A stretch of 64,000 nt of DNA from a virus. Below are positions 21,679-32,855 of this stretch, piece by piece. The stretch covers positions 1 through 64,000 of IMG/VR virus record IMGVR_UViG_3300032163_000004. The stretch is one strand, 5' to 3'. The position numbers and the translations under genes are program-made. Position 1 is the stretch's first letter. Each line of letters begins with the position of its first letter. The notes beneath the pieces were generated by a model. That model did no database searches. It had not been told where the DNA came from and saw nothing but the letters and a program-made list of their open reading frames with translations.

Positions 21679-21889
21679 TTCATAATCCTGTTAAATCTTC
21701 TTTAGTAATACATTCTTCAAAATTACAAGTCGGACATGAAAGTCCATATCCCCCACAACGACCATCTAAAATTTCTTCAATTATATCACATTCACTATCA
21801 ACAATTGTCCCACATTTTGGACATTTTATAATCCATTTACATTTAGTAACTATAACTTCTTCTCTAGTTACTTCAAAGTTTTTCACTAA

Positions 21890-22702
21890 TTATTCCTCAC
21901 TTTGTTTTCTGTTACGAAGTTCTAGATTTAAATTGATAAATTTATTTATTGCATATACTCCTGCATTAATTCTTCGTCTTAGTTGATACGTACCTGGAGT
22001 TTCTGTAACTACTATTCTTGGAACACCTAAATGGTGTAACCAGTCCTCAAATGACCCATCATGTAACTTATGATGATTAATAATTCCATCTTTAACAAAA
22101 GGTCCTACACCAGTATCAACTATTACTCTTACTCCATCAAGAGCTTTTGGAAAAAACTTCTGAAGGCTTTCTCTCATTCCAATAGTAAACTCTCCTGATT
22201 TTTTACTCTCATCAAAAGTATAAAGATAAAACTCTTTAGCACTTATATCTTCATGTAAAGACAAAAATCCATCTTCCGCTAAAGGTCTTAACAAATCAAT
22301 ATTATTTATTAAAATCTGTCCTTCACGAGATGGACTCTCTTTATTTTCAGGGTGACAAAAACCACAGTTAGTTTTTTCCCCTAATGTATTATAACGAGTA
22401 TTTCTCTTAAATCCTATTGGATTAACAATTGGTATAAAAGATAAATCTACTTTCTTTAAAATATTTTGATCACAATTCTTCATCCACTTAAGAATAGAGT
22501 ATGGACCAGCTTTTTCTTCTCCATGAAAAGCAGAAACTATTAGCATTTTAGGATCTTCATGATCTACTGAATTTCTTGTTCTCAATAACCAAATTTGATG
22601 AACATCTCCTTTAGTTTCAACTTCACCCAATACACAAAGCCAAAATCTTCTACTTGCTGATATACTAAACATTTTTTTAACATATCGTCGAATAGCTGCC
22701 AT
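21890..22702 (-). CDS. M14-family Zn carboxypeptidase / succinylglutamate desuccinylase-like protein
   Basis: SAFHGEEKAG, PIVNPIG...RYN, SLHED, ETP. Confidence 0.8.
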   Translation of the reverse strand: MAAIRRYVKKMFSISASRRFWLCVLGEVETKGDVHQIWLLRTRNSVDHEDPKMLIVSAFHGEEKAGPYSILKWMKNCDQNILKKVDLSFIPIVNPIGFKRNTRYNTLGEKTNCGFCHPENKESPSREGQILINNIDLLRPLAEDGFLSLHEDISAKEFYLYTFDESKKSGEFTIGMRESLQKFFPKALDGVRVIVDTGVGPFVKDGIINHHKLHDGSFEDWLHHLGVPRIVVTETPGTYQLRRRINAGVYAINKFINLNLELRNRKQSEE

Positions 22703-22913
22703 AATTTCTCCGATCTTACTTACGTTGGATCAAAACTTTAACATCTACAGTTACTTCATCTCCCTCTTTAAATTCTTCATCTTTCAGTAGGTCTAAAACT
22801 ACCATTGCAGCATTCCCTTTTGCGTCTCTAGTAGTAACATGTGATCTTTCTGGACTATCTGTTTTAGATATTGTAAACGTTGATCTTTTATGTAGTTTTG
22901 AAGTTTTCATTTA

Positions 22914-23327
22914 TTACCTCATCATTAACGCAACAAAAGCTAACACAACAATATGAAAAATCTGATCTATTGTAATAAACAATAACCAAAACAAACCCAT
23001 GTCTAAAGGAACTGGTTCATCTTTGATTTTATAAAAAGGACAACCTGATATAATAAAAATTCCTTTAAACTTCTTAAACAACCAAAGTTCAAATTTACGA
23101 TTATCTAAGAAAGCATGACTTATAAAAAGTAATGGAAGTATCCAAAACAAAGAAAACAATTGGGTACTAAGACCAAAAACTAAAACTGGAATAAAGAAAA
23201 TTGTATAAATAGCTGAATGTTCTAAAAGTACTCTTAAATCTTTGTCTTTTCTCATTGCATGTTTTTGAGTCTGAAAAATCCAATCAGCTATAAAATGCAC
23301 CAACACTAACATTTCGAAAAAATTCAT
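22914..23327 (-). CDS. DUF3307 membrane protein
   Basis: HFIADWIFQT, HSAIY, SHAFLD, DQIFH. Confidence 0.8.
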   Translation of the reverse strand: MNFFEMLVLVHFIADWIFQTQKHAMRKDKDLRVLLEHSAIYTIFFIPVLVFGLSTQLFSLFWILPLLFISHAFLDNRKFELWLFKKFKGIFIISGCPFYKIKDEPVPLDMGLFWLLFITIDQIFHIVVLAFVALMMR

Positions 23328-23345
23328 GCTATTCTCCTTTAATCT

Positions 23346-23639
23346 TTAATCAACTCCAACTATCTTTGATATTCTTTCTATTTTCTTATCCCAAATTTCT
23401 TTATATTTATTTTCTATACAACTCTCTCCATAAATATTGCTTAAAATAACCTTAACTTGATTGATCATAATTTGAACATCTACAACCTCTTCAACAACTA
23501 TTTCAAAATCTCCTCTTTGCCTTTTAAATTTATTAATCGCTTGAATTAACTCTGCAGATTCTTCGATCGTTTGATCTAATTGTGGTGTAACTCCCCATTT
23601 CTCAATACATTTTCTATAAATCAGATCTTCTCTATTCAT
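23346..23639 (-). CDS. MazG-like NTP pyrophosphohydrolase
   Basis: EESAELIQAINK...EEVVDVQIM. Confidence 0.75.
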   Translation of the reverse strand: MNREDLIYRKCIEKWGVTPQLDQTIEESAELIQAINKFKRQRGDFEIVVEEVVDVQIMINQVKVILSNIYGESCIENKYKEIWDKKIERISKIVGVD

Positions 23640-23681
23640 AATATTCCTCTATTTTTTGTTCAGTTCAATTTAATCTGTTTC

Positions 23682-24104
23682 TTAAAGAGATTCTAAATAT
23701 TCAGCAAATACAAAATTAACTAATGCACCTGGTCTTTTCTCTCGAATCAATTTAACTGCATCTTTTCCTTTCATCCCTGACAAAATCAATATTATACCAT
23801 TCAGTAATCCACTTCTATTCATCCCTTGAGCACAGTGAACTAGTACTCTGAGTGGTTGTGGTTTTTTCTTCCAACAAGCTAGTCCATATGAAGCAACAGC
23901 TTTTAGTTCGTCTACATCTGGCAACTCAGGTTTATCTGAAATAGGCCAATATAAATATGAAGACAGTGGAGTAACAAAAGGATCAAAACTTCCCTCCAAA
24001 TCAATCACAACATCGATTTTAAGGTCTATAACTTTTTTAGGATCATCAAAAGATCCAGACTGAAATAGACCAGGTAATATTTCGTTGTAGTTGAATTCTT
24101 TCAT
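23682..24104 (-). CDS. Dual-specificity/PTP-family phosphatase
   Basis: VLVHCAQGMNRSG (HCx5R), WPISD. Confidence 0.88.
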   Translation of the reverse strand: MKEFNYNEILPGLFQSGSFDDPKKVIDLKIDVVIDLEGSFDPFVTPLSSYLYWPISDKPELPDVDELKAVASYGLACWKKKPQPLRVLVHCAQGMNRSGLLNGIILILSGMKGKDAVKLIREKRPGALVNFVFAEYLESL

Positions 24105-24190
24105 AATTACTCTCCTCACGAAAGATGTAAAAACAGACCAAAGGTTTACTTGTATTAACCACCGAATCCAAATTTTTATATCACTCATTA

Positions 24191-24865
24191 CTACCTCCTT
24201 TTCTTTCCAAACATTGGATTCTTTTCTCCTTTTACTCCTTCACTCTGTTTCTTTCTCCATTCTTTTGCTTTTTCTTCTCCAAATAATTCTTCATATGTTT
24301 TTCCCTTTCTTTTAGAAGATCTTCCTTCTAAAGATTCACTAATCTTCTTCTTATGTTCTTCAGATTGTGGACCTTTTCTTCTTCCTTTCATTGCTTTTCT
24401 TCTTTTCTCATTACTTTCTTCTGATATAATTCTTCCTTTAAGTTTCTTACTAAGTTTTTCTCTAACTTCTAACCTTTTAGATGGATTGTTTTCTCCTCTC
24501 ATCCATTCTGAATGACTTGGATTTTTCTTTCCTTTATGAGATATGCTTATCCTTTCTCTTTGATCCTGAGTAAGGAAATAACCATTAATTCCTTCTCCAC
24601 CATCTGTTAAGTTATACCCTCTTGGAACTTTACAGTTGTAAAATTTAATCCAATATTTTTCTTTTTCATTAAGTTCTTCTATAGACTTAGCATTATCTAT
24701 AACTAAAAACTCGAAATTTTGAATTCCATATTTCTTAAGAGCTTTTGAAAAAACAGGAGATCCTCCCATCCTAACATGGTCATAAATCCTAACTTTCAGT
24801 TCATTTCTGGTTTGACCAATATAAATCTTTTCATTGATCTTATTCTGAGCCCTATAAATTATCAT
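24191..24865 (-). CDS. GIY-YIG homing endonuclease with NUMOD3 repeats
   Basis: IIYRAQNKINEKIYIGQT, GYNLTDGG, SEEHKKKISES. Confidence 0.88.
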   Translation of the reverse strand: MIIYRAQNKINEKIYIGQTRNELKVRIYDHVRMGGSPVFSKALKKYGIQNFEFLVIDNAKSIEELNEKEKYWIKFYNCKVPRGYNLTDGGEGINGYFLTQDQRERISISHKGKKNPSHSEWMRGENNPSKRLEVREKLSKKLKGRIISEESNEKRRKAMKGRRKGPQSEEHKKKISESLEGRSSKRKGKTYEELFGEEKAKEWRKKQSEGVKGEKNPMFGKKRR

Positions 24866-24928
24866 ATCTTTCTCTCTATCTACAATCTATATATTTTTGT
24901 TCAAAACTCCAAAAAAATGTCCTGTTGT

Positions 24929-24949
24929 CTACATATATTAATTACTGAT
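24929..24949 (+). promoter_or_regulatory. Island promoter motif
   Basis: ctacatatattaattactga. Confidence 0.7.
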
Positions 24950-25595
24950 AGGAAAATCAAATACTTTAAAAGGAGGTGAAACCATAATGAGTATCTTGGT
25001 TTGTTCTACAAAATATGGAGGTTGCGGTTATATTGGATATGCTGAATCTTTCATATGGGCAAACGATGACACCACGATATGTCCTTCATGTGGTGAAGAC
25101 CATACTTTTCAAATCACCAGAGAAAATATCGATTCACTAACCAGTGACAATAACCTTAAGTTAGCCAGTGCTCTTTTGGACTTAGAAATTGAAGTATCAG
25201 CGTGGGCAAAACAGTAAAAATTTACCTAAACAACTCCAAATAAAAAGAGAGGTGAAACCAATGTATACATCACAAAATTTAGTAAAACTTATAGTAAAAT
25301 TGGAAAACAGTGAAAACCCTCTATCTAGGAGAATAGCTGAAATGTTATCCTCAGATGTTGGGAAAGAACTAATAGACTCTAGTTCTTCTGAGTGGAATCG
25401 TTCTTCAATTCAAGAAAAAATCATGTTGTTAAAACAGTTAAACACAGAAGGTATCATTATCAATGAATTGTTCTACAATTTTAAAGAAGTGTTTAGGGAT
25501 AATCCACACATGATTGAAAGTGCAGAGAATGCTCTGCTCGACTATTTACAATTCTTCATCTCTTCACCTTCATAGAAAGGAGAAGCTATAAGAAC

Positions 25596-26201
25596 ATGAT
25601 CAGGAGGTACAAACAAATGAGAAAGGAGGTGAAATCTAAAATGAGAGACTACATGATTAACGGGACTTGCGTAAAGAAGAATGGTTCCAGATATCCTTTT
25701 CGAAAAAGACTTACTGCACTGAACCGCAAAGACGCTAGAGATCAAATTAACCAAGTCTTCTCCGCGATAGAAGTAAAGTTATACAACAAAGGAAAAGGTT
25801 TACATATCTCTCCAGCTAAACCATTAAAGGAGAGACCTTCTAAACGGAAAGTTCAAAGAAAAGAATGCAGAGTCTGCGCTCCGACTAGAGGTCCTCTACC
25901 TCTTAGTGCTTTTGGGAAGGATAAGAATTCCGCGGATGGGTTAATGAGAACCTGCCGAAAATGCAGATCGAAGGAACAAAAGGCATCGAGAGAAAGAATT
26001 CATAAACATGTTTCACTAAGACTTCACAGCCAACTTGAACTAACAGCAAGTGAACTTTCCAAAGTCGAAGTAGCCCGAATCGAAAGAATCAAAATTAACG
26101 ACGAAGTATATGTCCGAGAAAAGGATATATCCAAAGTCCTTTCTGAAATGTCTTCCAAGTTCTGCAGCGACCTGATGAATCAAATCAGATCTGAAAAGTA
26201 G
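25596..26201 (+). CDS. Basic Zn-finger protein, putative DNA-binding
   Basis: CRVC...F.KD.NS.DGL...CRKC. Confidence 0.5.
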   Translation: MIRRYKQMRKEVKSKMRDYMINGTCVKKNGSRYPFRKRLTALNRKDARDQINQVFSAIEVKLYNKGKGLHISPAKPLKERPSKRKVQRKECRVCAPTRGPLPLSAFGKDKNSADGLMRTCRKCRSKEQKASRERIHKHVSLRLHSQLELTASELSKVEVARIERIKINDEVYVREKDISKVLSEMSSKFCSDLMNQIRSEK

Positions 26202-26203
26202 TT

Positions 26204-26244
26204 AAAGAGGACTAAGTTCAGTTAGACTTAGTCCTCTATTTTTT
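26204..26244 (+). terminator. Intrinsic terminator
   Basis: agaggactaagt/acttagtcctct stem followed by T-tract. Confidence 0.75.
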
Positions 26245-26547
26245 ACTATCTCCAATATACTTTCCAGGAGAACATATAACATCACAAATAAATTCTAATG
26301 AATGTTTATATGCACTTCTTATAATAGAATCAATTTCTCCAAAATCTAACTTAATCTTAAGTGCAATTTCGATAGTATCTCCTTCAGATACTATTGTTGT
26401 GCTTAATTGTTCTAAAACATCTTTTGTTTTTATATCAACAGAAGAGTTTACTAGTTCCTTTAATCTATCAGAAATCTCTCTACACAAAAACTCCTTCTCC
26501 TTCTCCGATAGTTTTCCTATACATATCATCTATTCTTCAACTCCTTA

Positions 26548-27426
26548 TTATAGCTTTTGAATTTCTTCTTTTTCATAAAGTTCATCCCAGCTATCAAATG
26601 GAATATTATAATATAAACTTACGATGTTCATAGTTAATTTATCTGCTTTTTTATAATCTGGTTCTGGAGGAAGAGTGCTTCTAACATATGCTTCTTGGGC
26701 TAAAGAAAATAATTTTTCAGCTTCACTTTTTACTTTCTCTAGTTTCCATTCACCATTCTTTATTTCTATTAATTGAGGAGCATCTTCTCTTTCTACATGC
26801 AAAGTTCCTTCACTTAAAAACTCTATACCCATTCTCAATAGTCTAATTAAGTGAGCGGCATTCTTCGTATCATAACCAAACTTTTCAACAAGTTGTTTTC
26901 TCTTTTCTCCCATATAACCTTCGTAATTTGCATGCTCCATTTTATGTAATTGATCATAAGCATAACCTGTAAATGCATGGTAAACTTTTTTAGTTTTAAA
27001 AATATTTCTATATAAAACAAGAGCCCATCCAATTCTATTCACATAAATGTAGTGTCTTTCATCTAACCAAAGCATCATCAAAACATTAGGATTTCCTTGT
27101 AACAATAATTTAACAAACTTTATAACTTCATAATGAACTGCATCCCAATCTCTTATCTTTACTTCATACGCTCCTCTTGGATTGAGTTCATCTTTCTTAG
27201 AATAGTCATATTTACTAAGACCAATATAGGAGTTCAAAGGAGCTACATAGACTCCCAATACATCTTTATCATCAACCCCACAAGTTCTTGATGGGTCTAA
27301 ATACATACCATGAGCAATACTTCCTCTAAACCCTAAGAGAATAGTAGTAGAAGGAACTAGTGCTTTCTTCTCAACATAAGTCAAACCTTTAAGATTCATT
27401 TTATCATGAATATCTTTATTCTCCAT
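26548..27426 (-). CDS. YcgL/RlaP-like Pol-beta nucleotidyltransferase
   Basis: RGSIAHG...DDKDVLGV, GNPNVL, YDTKNAAHLIRLL. Confidence 0.85.
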   Translation of the reverse strand: MENKDIHDKMNLKGLTYVEKKALVPSTTILLGFRGSIAHGMYLDPSRTCGVDDKDVLGVYVAPLNSYIGLSKYDYSKKDELNPRGAYEVKIRDWDAVHYEVIKFVKLLLQGNPNVLMMLWLDERHYIYVNRIGWALVLYRNIFKTKKVYHAFTGYAYDQLHKMEHANYEGYMGEKRKQLVEKFGYDTKNAAHLIRLLRMGIEFLSEGTLHVEREDAPQLIEIKNGEWKLEKVKSEAEKLFSLAQEAYVRSTLPPEPDYKKADKLTMNIVSLYYNIPFDSWDELYEKEEIQKL

Positions 27427-27491
27427 TTTAAACTCTACTCCTCTTTTTTAATTTATTCACATCGATATTTTAGATGTCTATTTTGTTTCTA

Positions 27492-27512
27492 TTATATATA
27501 TTAATTTATGAT
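27492..27512 (+). promoter_or_regulatory. Island promoter motif
   Basis: ttatatatattaatttatga. Confidence 0.65.
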
Positions 27513-28436
27513 AAGAAAGGAGGTAATTTAAATGTTAATTATCAGGTTAGTTGTGAAAGACAAACAAAATGTAATATTAAACGTATATGAAATGAGGAAG
27601 TTTCGAAAAGATGGAAAAAGAGATCATGCAACAATAGAATTCTTTCTAACTAAAGCTGAGGAAGCTTTAGAAAAAGGGGAGCGTCCAAATTTTGAATTCT
27701 TAACTGAGGAGGTGAAATTATAAAAATGAAGACAATATATACAATATATATATCTATAGCAATATTCTTATTTGACATTTGGGGGTCATGTTATATGGCT
27801 TACCAGATTTCTTGGGGAGAATGGAAAGTTTATCCAATTATCGCAACATCTGTTGCAATAGCTATAGTAGGGCTAATTGTATTGAACAATGGAATCCGCT
27901 ACAGAAATGCTCTATGGAGAAGCACACTCAAACCTTAGTTCTCAATGTTCACAAAAATCAATTCTTATAAGGAGGAGGAACAATGAAACAAGAACTTGAG
28001 ATAATTAAAAATGTAACAGAAAACCTATACGCCAAAGATATGCAATCAATGGTGGTAAAACCTGGAAAAGATGTACAAATTGTTCCCACCGTCATCTGGG
28101 CATTCAATGGTAAAGTTAAGACAATCCATGGACAAAATGGAGATATTATACATACTCCTCATGGATATGGAACAGTCAAAGAAGCAGAACAATTCGTCAT
28201 TGGTACTTTGGGAGTAAATAACATGCTAAAACATGAACATGGCACAGTTTCGTCTATCAAAGGGGAAAAGGAAAAACAAGCACTACTTTCAGAGGTCGGT
28301 GATTAGAACCAACTGGATAGCAACCCAGTAGTAAGAACCTAGAGTAAGAGTCTCCTCTATTATGTCCGGGGCCAAATGATCAGGCGACGCCTTTAGAGAG
28401 ACTCTTGCTCTATCTTTTCTAAAAAGAGGAGGAAAA

Positions 28437-28757
28437 ATGAAATGCCTAAGATGCGGATATTGTTGTTTATACCTTTGGATCATAGTAATTAAAGATCCAA
28501 CAAAACCTATATCAGAAGATAACTGTCAAGAAGTTGACGCACGGCAAGGTAAACCATGTCCACACCTTAGAGGAAACAAACCAGGAGAATATTCTTGTGT
28601 AATTCACAACTTCCCTCGTTACAAAAAAACACCGTGCTTTAGTCATGGTCAAATTGAAAGAAGTAAAAAAGATCTCTGTAGAATGGGTGATTATATAATC
28701 AATTCAAGACCTCTAAGACTATCTTCAAAATTGGGTAGAACCAGTGGCAAAAGCTGA
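28437..28757 (+). CDS. YkgJ-type cysteine-cluster protein
   Basis: CLRCGYCC...CPHL...CVIH...PC. Confidence 0.7.
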   Translation: MKCLRCGYCCLYLWIIVIKDPTKPISEDNCQEVDARQGKPCPHLRGNKPGEYSCVIHNFPRYKKTPCFSHGQIERSKKDLCRMGDYIINSRPLRLSSKLGRTSGKS

Positions 28758-29074
28758 AGTAAAGGCTTCGAGCAGACTAAAATATGCCAAACCTGCCTGG
28801 TCCTACCATTTTTACAATTCAAAAGAAAAGAGGTTAAAAAAATGTGGTACGAAAGGTGTAGAGGGTGTGGAAAAGAAGTACCTGTAATAGAAGATCCCTA
28901 TACTAAAAACATAGTAATAATAAAAGACAATCATTATGGACTCATATTTGAAGGTTACTGCGGGGAATGTTTTAATCCTCCACTTCAAGAAGTAGAAAGA
29001 GTTGGTAAAGAACTAAAATATTTCTATTACGATTTTCTCAAAGAACACCCATTAACTCCAATAGGAGGTTAGAA

Positions 29075-29383
29075 ATGGACACTAAAAAAGAAATTCTTAA
29101 AAATGTTAGAAAAATCGTTCTCACTGAATTAAAAGAGACTGATTTCCCAAACAGATCATTTCAAGCAGTTATAGTGCTAGATCCTATAAGAACTATTGAT
29201 GTACAGGGAAATGAAAAAACTTACAACAACGCAGTAATTTTAAAAATAATTAGAACAAGAAAGTTATTTACATTATCCAGATTAAGTTTTGGATTTCTTA
29301 GAAAAATATCTAATCGAATTATTTCTGAAGTCGAAGGTGTTTCTAGAGTAGTGTTTGATATCACTAGCGAAAGGAGAATTTAA
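29075..29383 (+). CDS. Stand-alone GMP synthase C-terminal-domain-like protein
   Basis: FQAVIVL..IRTIDVQGNEKTY...LRKISNRIISEVEGVSRVVFDITS resembles the GuaA C-terminus. Confidence 0.7.
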   Translation: MDTKKEILKNVRKIVLTELKETDFPNRSFQAVIVLDPIRTIDVQGNEKTYNNAVILKIIRTRKLFTLSRLSFGFLRKISNRIISEVEGVSRVVFDITSERRI

Positions 29384-29384
29384 T

Positions 29385-30014
29385 ATGCGGATAACTCTAG
29401 GTGACAGATCAATAGAATGTATGTCACTTCTTGGTATAATAGAACATCCCTTCACATCAGAAGAACTAAAAACAGCTTTTCGCATAAAACTAAAAATGGT
29501 TCACCCAGATAAAGGAGGAACCAAAGAAGCAACTGTAAAAATCATTGATGCTTTTAATCATTTAAAGAACTTAGCATCTACTCCTATTGGAGCAGAGTTT
29601 CTTGAAGTTGAGATAGAAGAAAACGAAGATATATTCAAACTCTGGAAAATTTGTCATGATTGTCATGGAACCAAGATAAAAATTTATCACACTCCCGATA
29701 GGCCCTGTCCTTGGTGCTCATATATGTACTCTTTCTTCTATAGAGGAGGTTCAGGAAGAGGATACATAATGGGCACTTGTAAAAAATGTTTAGGGACAGG
29801 AAAATTCAAAAAAGATGGTGTTGATAAAGGAATTTGTTATAACTGTTCTGGAACTGGAGTAGTCAAAAAGAGGTGTTCGATGTGTCAAGGAACAGGTTGG
29901 TTATCAAGAGTAGAAACTAAAAAAGTAGTATGTCCAACTTGTAAAGGTAAAGGAAAAATTGAACTTAACCCTTGGAATCCAGTTATTCCAAAGGGTGCAG
30001 TTCTAAAGAAATAA
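29385..30014 (+). CDS. DnaJ-like protein (J domain plus CxxCxGxG Zn repeats)
   Basis: HPDKGG; five CxxCxGxG-type repeats. Confidence 0.85.
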   Translation: MRITLGDRSIECMSLLGIIEHPFTSEELKTAFRIKLKMVHPDKGGTKEATVKIIDAFNHLKNLASTPIGAEFLEVEIEENEDIFKLWKICHDCHGTKIKIYHTPDRPCPWCSYMYSFFYRGGSGRGYIMGTCKKCLGTGKFKKDGVDKGICYNCSGTGVVKKRCSMCQGTGWLSRVETKKVVCPTCKGKGKIELNPWNPVIPKGAVLKK

Positions 30015-31627
30015 GAAAGGAGAATAAAGAAATGAAAGTGAGGTATATCGGAGCTTCAGATGGCCAAGTGAATTATGGAGGTGGTAGTGATGATCCACGC
30101 GGTTTATTAAAAGAAGGAAAAATTTATACATTACAACGTAAAGAAGCCCACTCATGGCACACTAAATATTACCTAAAAGAGTTTCCTGGTAAAAAATTCA
30201 ATTCTGTTTGTTTTGAAGAAGTAGTTAAATTAAGATAAGAAAAGGAGGAGAAATGATTCTAAACAAACACGAAATCTTACTCATTGCGTTAGCTGATGAA
30301 GGAGGTTACTACTCTATCCAGATTGATAACAATTTAGAGATGGCTACCATGAATGAGATGTTTCAGAAGAAGTTATTCAAACTTGCAAAAAGAGCAGATC
30401 CTTTTCATAACAGATTCAAGATAACTCCAAAGGGAATGAAATTGGCTAAAGAAGCTAAAAAAGTTTTAGAGATACTTCAAGAACCAATAGAAGGAGGAGT
30501 TTAAAAATGATAAAAGGTAAATGTTATACAAACCTTGATGGTTTTAGAAATGCCAAGTGGCCAGAAGTATTTGTGGAAGTTCCAAGAATTGGAGAGTTGG
30601 TAGAAGCAGAAGGAGGAAAGAGACTAAAAGTTGTTGGAATTACTCATAAGGTTCGAAAAGTGGAATCTGCAATAGAACAAATGAAAATTGAATATGAACC
30701 CTATGTTGAGATCGAACTCTGGGCTCAAATTTTAAAAGGGTAAAGGAGGGTAATCTAGATGGGACTAATTCATCCACATTGTAAAATATCAACAGGTATA
30801 CATGAAGGATTAACTTTTGGAAAAGGTGAACTAGATGACATGGGATACTGGGAATTTCCCTGTAATGAATGTGCTAGAGAGAATGAGAGACTATTTCCGG
30901 AAGATGGAAAGTGCTGGCCATTCGAAGGGTCCACTATACAAATGTCTGAAAAGTCAACTTTCGTTCTTCAAAAGACGAAAAAGTCATTCTGTCCAATTTG
31001 TGACAAAGAAGTTTACTTACTTACTCCTTTTGAGGCTACAAACTCCAAACCATCCTTCTATATATGTTTCAATTGCAAATTCGTAGGAGAAGTTGGAGTA
31101 GGTGCTGTTATGATAGGATTACATTCTAACCAAAATATCTTAAGAAAGGCAGGAAAAATGATGGGATTCTTGAAAAGGTTTTGGGAAAAACACATTATTG
31201 CAACTTATCATGGTCCTCCAGAATGTTTTGATTGCAATAAATCTGATTGTGAAAATTGTTACGTCAATCTCAAATAAAGGCGAAGAGTTTACAAATCGGG
31301 ACCAACATTCTATATCTGCTTCAACTGTAAGTTCATAGGAGAGGTTGGAGTAGGAACTGTTAAACTAGAGGAAGGAGAAAAAGATGGTAGAAAAGTCTAG
31401 AAAAAGTAGAAAGGCTGAAGACAAGTCCCAGGAAGTGGAACCACTGTTAAATGGTTTGTGGGCTTTAGGCTATCGCGATAGGGGTCATGATCATGGTGAT
31501 TATGCAGTGATGACGAAAGATGGGAAAATGGTTGTTGAGTGCCCGAACCTCTATGTTTCTCAACACATAATTACCTTACACAATAAGAGCGTAAAACGTC
31601 AACTCCACCCACTGAGACGTATTTCAT

Positions 31628-31683
31628 AAAGGCGAAGACTATATTAATTTGGAGTCCTCATGTTCCACCCTTCGCTTTTTTTT
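31628..31683 (+). terminator. Intrinsic terminator
   Basis: aaaggcgaag/cttcgctttt stem followed by T-tract. Confidence 0.6.
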
Positions 31684-32090
31684 AAATATCTCCATTTTCT
31701 TCTTTCTTTTTCAGTTCGTATGGATCAATAAAGTCTCGTTCTATTTGCTCAGCACATTCCCGCAGCTCTCCACAATAATTTTTGAAGTTATTATAAGAAG
31801 GTGTTACATGATATTTACAAAACTTATAGAGAATGTAATTCAGATCTCCATCAGCTTTAACACCTTTAGCAACCATTAGGTTAACTATTTCATTCATATC
31901 TGGTCGTTTTTCTTGTTTTATAAATGGCATATTCAGTCCTCCTCATATTGGGGTCTACGGTGAGAATATTTATCCAAATCATACATAGCTTCACTTATTA
32001 AATCCTGATCGGACTTTCCTATGTTTGGATCCTCTTTCTTCTTAGGAACATATTCAATTCCGTCAATTATTACTGTATTCATCATTCCTC

Positions 32091-32414
32091 CTATTCTGCT
32101 GTATAATATTCAATCTTCAAATTTTTTTCATCCATTTGTCTTTCAACTTCTTTATCTACTTCGTAAATAATTTGATATGCTCTCATTTTTAACCAACTTC
32201 GAAATTTATAATTCTCTACAAGTTTCCTAAATGCTTTTCTCTTATTTTGTCCTTGAGATCTCTCTTCTCTACATTCTGAAGATATTCCAGTTTCAATATG
32301 AGTTATTCTAACACCGCTATTTACTTTATTAACATTTTGTCCACCATGACCACCACATCTAAAAGTATCAACTCTAAAGTCTTTTTTAGTTAAAGAGAAT
32401 ATTCGATCTTTCAT
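32091..32414 (-). CDS. Short RF-1-domain peptidyl-tRNA hydrolase (ArfB/PrfH-like)
   Basis: [22 protein letters not shown]....REERSQ.QNK; lacks the codon-recognition domain. Confidence 0.88.
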   Translation of the reverse strand: MKDRIFSLTKKDFRVDTFRCGGHGGQNVNKVNSGVRITHIETGISSECREERSQGQNKRKAFRKLVENYKFRSWLKMRAYQIIYEVDKEVERQMDEKNLKIEYYTAE

Positions 32415-32427
32415 TTTTCTCCTAATT

Positions 32428-32516
32428 TGGCGGCGGGTAAAGGATTTGAACCTTTGTGGCTTTTACACCGGCAGTTTAGCAAACTGCTGCAATAAGCCTG
32501 ACTCTGCCAACCCGCC
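32428..32516 (-). tRNA. tRNA-Ser(GCT)
   Basis: Cloverleaf GCAGT-TTGCTAA-ACTGC, long variable arm, encoded CCA. Confidence 0.92.
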
Positions 32517-32519
32517 TAA

Positions 32520-32593
32520 TGGTGAGTCGAGAAGGAATCGAACCTTCGTTTGCGAGTTAAAGGCCCGCTACTTTGCCACTAAGTTATCGACTC
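32520..32593 (-). tRNA. tRNA-Lys(TTT), atypical C33
   Basis: GCGGG-CCTTTAA-CTCGC, TTCGA T-loop, CCA. Confidence 0.85.
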
Positions 32594-32597
32594 TATA

Positions 32598-32674
32598 TGG
32601 TGGGCAGGACAGGAATTGAACCTGCGACCTTCTGGACTTCAGCCAGACGCTCTACCTTCTGAGCTACCTTGCCC
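32598..32674 (-). tRNA. tRNA-Phe(GAA)
   Basis: TCTGG-CTGAAGT-CCAGA, CCA; one bulged A in the acceptor stem. Confidence 0.88.
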
Positions 32675-32682
32675 TTATATTT

Positions 32683-32761
32683 TGGTGGAGGATAAGAGAA
32701 TCGAGCTCTTCTGAATTCCTCGGTGCAAGCGAGGTGACCACCCCAAGCAGTCCCATCCCCC
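32683..32761 (-). tRNA. tRNA-Ala(TGC)
   Basis: CCTCG-CTTGCAC-CGAGG, G3:U70, CCA; degenerate T-loop. Confidence 0.85.
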
Positions 32762-32771
32762 GAAATTATAT

Positions 32772-32845
32772 TGGTAGCCAGTAGAGGATTTGAACCTCTG
32801 TTAGACGATTATCATTCGCCTGTCCTGCCATTGGACGAACCGGCC
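32772..32845 (-). tRNA. tRNA-Ile(GAT)
   Basis: GGCGA-ATGATAA-TCGTC, CCA. Confidence 0.82.
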
Positions 32846-32855
32846 TTTTATTTAT

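Noticed and set aside
12748-24865. Group I introns or inteins around the homing endonucleases
   Set aside because: Flanking genes appear complete, with no split ORFs and no recognisable intron core or intein motifs.
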